Program-made: the position numbers and the translations under genes
Notes under the pieces: generated by a model
The model's database searches: none
Seen by the model: the letters and a program-made list of their open reading frames with translations, nothing else
Told to the model about the DNA's origin: nothing
Shown here: positions 34,315 to 36,126 of the stretch, in pieces
Layout of the letters: each line of letters opens with the position of its first letter
Position numbering within the stretch: the stretch's first letter is position 1
DNA from: a virus
Lineage: Duplodnaviria; Caudoviricetes
IMG/VR virus record: IMGVR_UViG_3300033067_001276
Span: 1-36,126 of that record
Reading direction: 5' to 3' (one strand)
Length of the DNA: 36,126 nt

Positions 34315-36126
34315 ATGGCAAACACAAATCTTGATGTCGTACTAGAATTAGTAGATAAAATCTCTAAACCACTTGAGGAAACAAGTAAAAAGTTTAAAGA
34401 CGTAAATACGGAGTTTTTGGATGCGAGCAAAAAAGTAGGCGCAGCCATGACAGCAATGGGCATTGCTGGTGTAGCGGCTATTGGCAAGTCCGTCAGCGTC
34501 TTCATGGATTTTGAAAAAGAGATGAGCAATGTTAAAGCTATTACAAACATTGCTGGAAAAGAAATGGAAGACATGACAAAGCTTGCAATGGAGCTTGGCG
34601 CAACAACCAAGTTTACTGCTAAAGAAGCAGCCGAAGGCATGACGTTCCTTGGTATGGCTGGCTTTAATGCGAAAGAAATCATGCAAGCAATGCCAGCAAC
34701 AATGAACTTGGCTGCTGCTTCAAATACAGACTTGGCTAGTGCTGCTGATATTGCTTCAAACGTGTTAACTGGTTTCCGTTTAACTGCTGATGAGACAATC
34801 CGTGTCGTTGATGTACTTGCTGCAACAGTAACATCTTCTAACGTGAACATGAGCCAGTTATCAGAATCGATGAAGTATTTTGCGCCTACGGCTGCCGCTT
34901 TTGGCGTGTCTTTGGAAGAAGCGTCTGCCGCTGTTGGACTTTTAGGAAATGCGGGTATTCAAGGGTCTATCGCTACCCGTGCTCTTGGTACTGCATTAAC
35001 AAGGTTAACAAAACCAACAGATGGCATGATAGCCGTGATGGATTTGTTGAATCTATCGTTTTTTAACGCAAAAGGGGAGTTTATTGGGTTGGCAGAAATG
35101 ATTAGACGGCTCGAAACAAGCTTTCAGGGCTTGACGCAAGAACAAAAAATGTCTTACACGGCAACGTTGTTTGGCATGGAAGCAATCCAAGAAATCAACG
35201 TATTACTTGCGGCTGGTTCAAATGAGTTATCAAACTACACAAAAGAATTGCAAGGGGCTGGAGGAACGGCGGATAGAATGGCTAAAACACAAATGGATAA
35301 CTTAGCTGGGTCTATTGAGCTTTTGAGCGGGGCATTCGATGGCTTGATGCTATCTATTGGTATGCAGTTTGAGCCAGTTATCCGTGGCGTGGCGGATATT
35401 CTAACTTGGCTGGTTGATATATTTAATAACCTATCAGAAGGGCCAAAAACAGCGATTACCGTTATTTTTAGCCTTGTTACAGCATTTACGCTATTAGGTG
35501 GTGGAATCATATTAATTATTGGGTTTATACAGTCATTAACAGCAGCATTTATTACCGCTAAAATCTATGCTGCATTAATGTGGGCATCTATTACTGGACC
35601 TGTTCTTTTAGTCGTTGCTGCTATTGGCGCAGTTATCGCCGCAGGCTATCTTATCGTGAAAAATTGGGATTGGATTAAAGCAAAAGCAATAGAAGTGTGG
35701 ACGGCTATATCAACTTGGGTTTCTGAAAAAGTATCAGAAATTGTTGCTTGGGTTACTGCTTCTTGGGAGTCAATTAAAGCAGCAGTAAGTGGAAGAATGG
35801 AAGAAATAAGCAATGCCATATCTGAAAAATGGCAAAGTATAAAAGAAGTTTTTGAACTTGTCGGGAACTTTATTTGGAACTTTATTGTTGGTATTTTTGG
35901 ATTAATGGGCATTGATATTCTTGCCAATATGGAAATAATAAAAACTATATTATCCGAGGGTTGGAATGCGATTAAAACGGCTATCGTGGAAGCTTGGACG
36001 GCAACAGTTAATTGGGTTATGGAAAAGCTAAATACGCTATCAAGCTGGATGAAAAAGGTTTGGGCGGATATGAAAGTAGCCGCTTCGATAGCTTGGAATG
36101 CTACAAAAGACGCAATATTTAATGCA
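34315..36126 (+). CDS. Tape measure protein, N-terminal part (TP901-family domain); about 757 aa when joined to 9..470
   Basis: ATG 34315, apparently open to the window end; FEKEMSNVKAI, TKFTAKEAAEGM.FLGMAG and LGNAGIQGS motifs; Trp-spaced repeats. Confidence 0.92.
   Translation, partial: MANTNLDVVLELVDKISKPLEETSKKFKDVNTEFLDASKKVGAAMTAMGIAGVAAIGKSVSVFMDFEKEMSNVKAITNIAGKEMEDMTKLAMELGATTKFTAKEAAEGMTFLGMAGFNAKEIMQAMPATMNLAAASNTDLASAADIASNVLTGFRLTADETIRVVDVLAATVTSSNVNMSQLSESMKYFAPTAAAFGVSLEEASAAVGLLGNAGIQGSIATRALGTALTRLTKPTDGMIAVMDLLNLSFFNAKGEFIGLAEMIRRLETSFQGLTQEQKMSYTATLFGMEAIQEINVLLAAGSNELSNYTKELQGAGGTADRMAKTQMDNLAGSIELLSGAFDGLMLSIGMQFEPVIRGVADILTWLVDIFNNLSEGPKTAITVIFSLVTAFTLLGGGIILIIGFIQSLTAAFITAKIYAALMWASITGPVLLVVAAIGAVIAAGYLIVKNWDWIKAKAIEVWTAISTWVSEKVSEIVAWVTASWESIKAAVSGRMEEISNAISEKWQSIKEVFELVGNFIWNFIVGIFGLMGIDILANMEIIKTILSEGWNAIKTAIVEAWTATVNWVMEKLNTLSSWMKKVWADMKVAASIAWNATKDAIFNA

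Noticed and set aside
32715-35927. Minus-strand ORFs over the tail tube and tape measure
   Set aside because: Antisense shadows; the ORF track missed the + strand tape measure only because it runs off the window end.
1-36126. Stop-codon reassignment
   Set aside because: Genes tile densely in the standard code, and TAA, TAG and TGA all end well-supported genes.

Overview
This window appears to be a complete, circularly permuted tailed-phage genome of about 36.1 kb, probably with a long non-contractile tail. The last 8 nt repeat the first 8 nt (TTAATGCA), and removing that overlap joins the tape-measure gene in frame across the ends. Layout: tail-tip and fibre genes (1-5.4 kb, +); a leftward block of small accessory genes (5.6-12.0 kb, -); a non-coding control and putative origin region (12.0-12.9 kb); a rightward recombination module (DUF3560, Bet, NinB-like, HNH, SSB, RusA); a ParB-N + Mom-like DNA-modification pair followed by a degenerate tRNA-Gly; terminases and Mu-like head genes; lysis genes; neck and tail genes with a -1 frameshifting chaperone; and the tape measure. 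I recognise no integrase, repressor, replication initiator, helicase, primase or polymerase. Most genes lack Shine-Dalgarno sites and several look leaderless, which with other cues suggests a Patescibacteria (CPR)-like host (inference). Most interesting: (1) a non-canonical tRNA-Gly(TCC) overlapping the 3' end of the mom-like gene, a candidate dedicated glycine donor for DNA hypermodification; (2) a promoter-driven structured RNA ending in G9-TA-G8 near a DnaA box, a candidate RNA-primed origin; (3) a GC-rich, SD-led cassette behind a long structured leader; (4) further structured non-coding RNAs. All product calls come from motif recognition by eye, not from database searches.
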